IMG/VR virus record: IMGVR_UViG_3300017651_000186
Coordinates: 1-36,057 of that record
Length of the DNA stretch: 36,057 nucleotides
DNA from: a virus
Taxonomy: Duplodnaviria > Caudoviricetes
Direction: 5' to 3' (one strand)
Made by a program: the position numbers and the translations under genes. The notes under the pieces are model-generated. The model ran no database searches. It was not told the origin of the DNA and worked only from the letters and a program-made list of their open reading frames with translations. Position 1 is the stretch's first letter, and each line of letters starts with the position of its first letter. This document shows positions 34,781-36,057 of the stretch, one piece after another.

Positions 34781-36057
34781 CCATGCGCCGGGGCTACGTC
34801 TACGCGAAGGGGAAGCGCCTGTACCTCGCTTGGTACGACGCGAGCGGCGCGCGCCGACTCACGGCGGCGGGCCTCTCAGTGGGCCAGGAGGCCGAGGCCG
34901 AAAAGCGCCTGGCCGCCCTGCAGGCGCGGGCCGAGCGGGAGCGCGCGGTCTCGGGCGGCGGCCCGGTGACGGTGGCGAGCTGGGCCGACGAGTGGATCAA
35001 GGCCCGGGAGGAGAGGGGGATCGCCAGCGCGAAGGACGACCGGCAGCGCCTGCGGCTCTACATCAAGCCGGCCCTCGGGCGGGTGGCCCTGCGCGAGCTC
35101 GACGATCGCCAGGTGGAGGCGTTCGTCCGCGCCCTGGAGAAGCGCAAGAGCCGGATGGGCGGAACGCTGTCGCCGCGGACCGTGCTCCACATCTACGCGA
35201 CCCTGCGCCAGATGATGAAGGCGGCCGTGAAGGCGAAGCTGATCGCCGCGTCCCCTTGCACCCTCGAGGAGGGCGAGCTGCCCGAGCTCGACGACAAGGA
35301 TCCGGAGTGGAGGGACGGGGCGCGGTTCACGCGCGAGGAACTGGAGATCCTGATCTCCCACCCGGACATCCCCGAGTCCCGCCGCCTCGGCTACGCGATG
35401 ATGGGGCTCGGGGGGATGCGGTGGTGCGAGGTCGCCGCCCTTCGCTGGCGGCACTACGACACCAGCCTCGAGCCTCTCGGGCGCCTCAGCGTTCTCGTTT
35501 CCTTCTCGGATCGGCGGGGCTCGATCGGCCGGACGAAGACCCGGGGCACGCGCCTGGTCCCCGTGCACCCGGTCCTGGCGTCGATGCTCGCCGCGTGGCG
35601 GCTGCCCCGGCAGCCGGACGCCGAGGACCTCATCATCCCCGGGACGAAGAGGGAGACCCGCCGGACCTCCCTCGCCTACCGGGACCTGCAGCGCGACCTG
35701 GTCACCTTGGGCCTGCGGCCGCGCCGCCTCCACGACCTCCGGTCGACGATGATCTCGATCGCCCAGGACGACGGCGCGCCGCGAGAGGTGGTCCGGCAGA
35801 TCACCCACACCCGCGACAAGCGGGACGTCCTCGAGGGCTACACGAAGCGACAGTGGGCGACGCTCTGCAACGCCGTCTCCGGCATGCAGATCGAGCTGCG
35901 ACGGGGGGAGGTTATCGAGCTCCGGCAGGTCGCGAACGCTGCTACCGCTCTGCTACCGTTGGAGGACGAAAAGACGAAGGCCCCGAAATCCTTGAGGAAA
36001 TCGGGGCCTAAATTGGTGGGCGATGCTGGTTTCGAACCAGCGACCCCCGCCGTGTGA
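34777..36057 (+). CDS. int: Tyrosine integrase
   Basis: Catalytic R (GMRWCE), K (RTKT), HDLR, H (ITH), Y (EGY). Confidence 0.92.
   Translation: MTMRRGYVYAKGKRLYLAWYDASGARRLTAAGLSVGQEAEAEKRLAALQARAERERAVSGGGPVTVASWADEWIKAREERGIASAKDDRQRLRLYIKPALGRVALRELDDRQVEAFVRALEKRKSRMGGTLSPRTVLHIYATLRQMMKAAVKAKLIAASPCTLEEGELPELDDKDPEWRDGARFTREELEILISHPDIPESRRLGYAMMGLGGMRWCEVAALRWRHYDTSLEPLGRLSVLVSFSDRRGSIGRTKTRGTRLVPVHPVLASMLAAWRLPRQPDAEDLIIPGTKRETRRTSLAYRDLQRDLVTLGLRPRRLHDLRSTMISIAQDDGAPREVVRQITHTRDKRDVLEGYTKRQWATLCNAVSGMQIELRRGEVIELRQVANAATALLPLEDEKTKAPKSLRKSGPKLVGDAGFEPATPAV
35939..35958 (+). repeat. CTGCTACCG direct repeat x2 (putative Int arm sites)
   Basis: 35939-47 and 35950-58, 11-bp period, about 55 bp from the tRNA end. 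Confidence 0.5.
36014..36057 (-). tRNA. 3' half of tRNA-Val(CAC), truncated by window; att core
   Basis: TCACAC-GGCGG-GGGTC-GCTGG-TTCGAAA-CCAGC-ATCGCCC-A-CCA. Confidence 0.85.

Larger units (their letters stand above)
1..36057. mobile_element. Temperate siphovirus-like prophage (left boundary beyond window)
   Basis: Complete head, tail, lysis, replication, immunity and integration modules; no sheath gene. Confidence 0.93.

Overview
A nearly complete, high-GC temperate siphovirus-type prophage. The host is probably Myxococcota, inferred from the style of a Cys-rich 'AACGGDD' lipoprotein, the GGT/GGA linkers and an Mx8/Mx9-like int-tRNA overlap. The late operon (minus strand, about 20988->1) runs terS, terL, portal, an unexpected cassette, scaffold, capsid, connectors, tail tube, frameshifted tail chaperone, tape measure, tail-tip genes, NlpC/P60 endolysin and an HExxH membrane protein. 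The cassette holds two signal-peptide proteins (a 111-aa Cys-containing beta protein and a 1120-aa beta-helix/DUF4082-like multidomain protein) plus a small TM protein. Upstream lie a tRNA-Asn with a non-canonical C33, a hairpin-rich leader and five phased 10-bp repeats. The early-left operon (cro, Zn fingers, RusA, replication initiator, HTH regulator) and early-right operon (ParB-like, ASCH-like pseudogene, Xis, integrase) flank a CI/Cro switch whose palindromic operators can be read from the sequence. The integrase ends inside the antisense of a tRNA-Val(CAC) 3' half, the likely att site. Two counter-oriented morons are present: a lipoprotein and a pair of paralogous 2-TM proteins. The best candidate for an undescribed system is the Sec-exported, head-spike-like base+fibre pair in the head module. 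All family calls come from motif recognition, not database searches.
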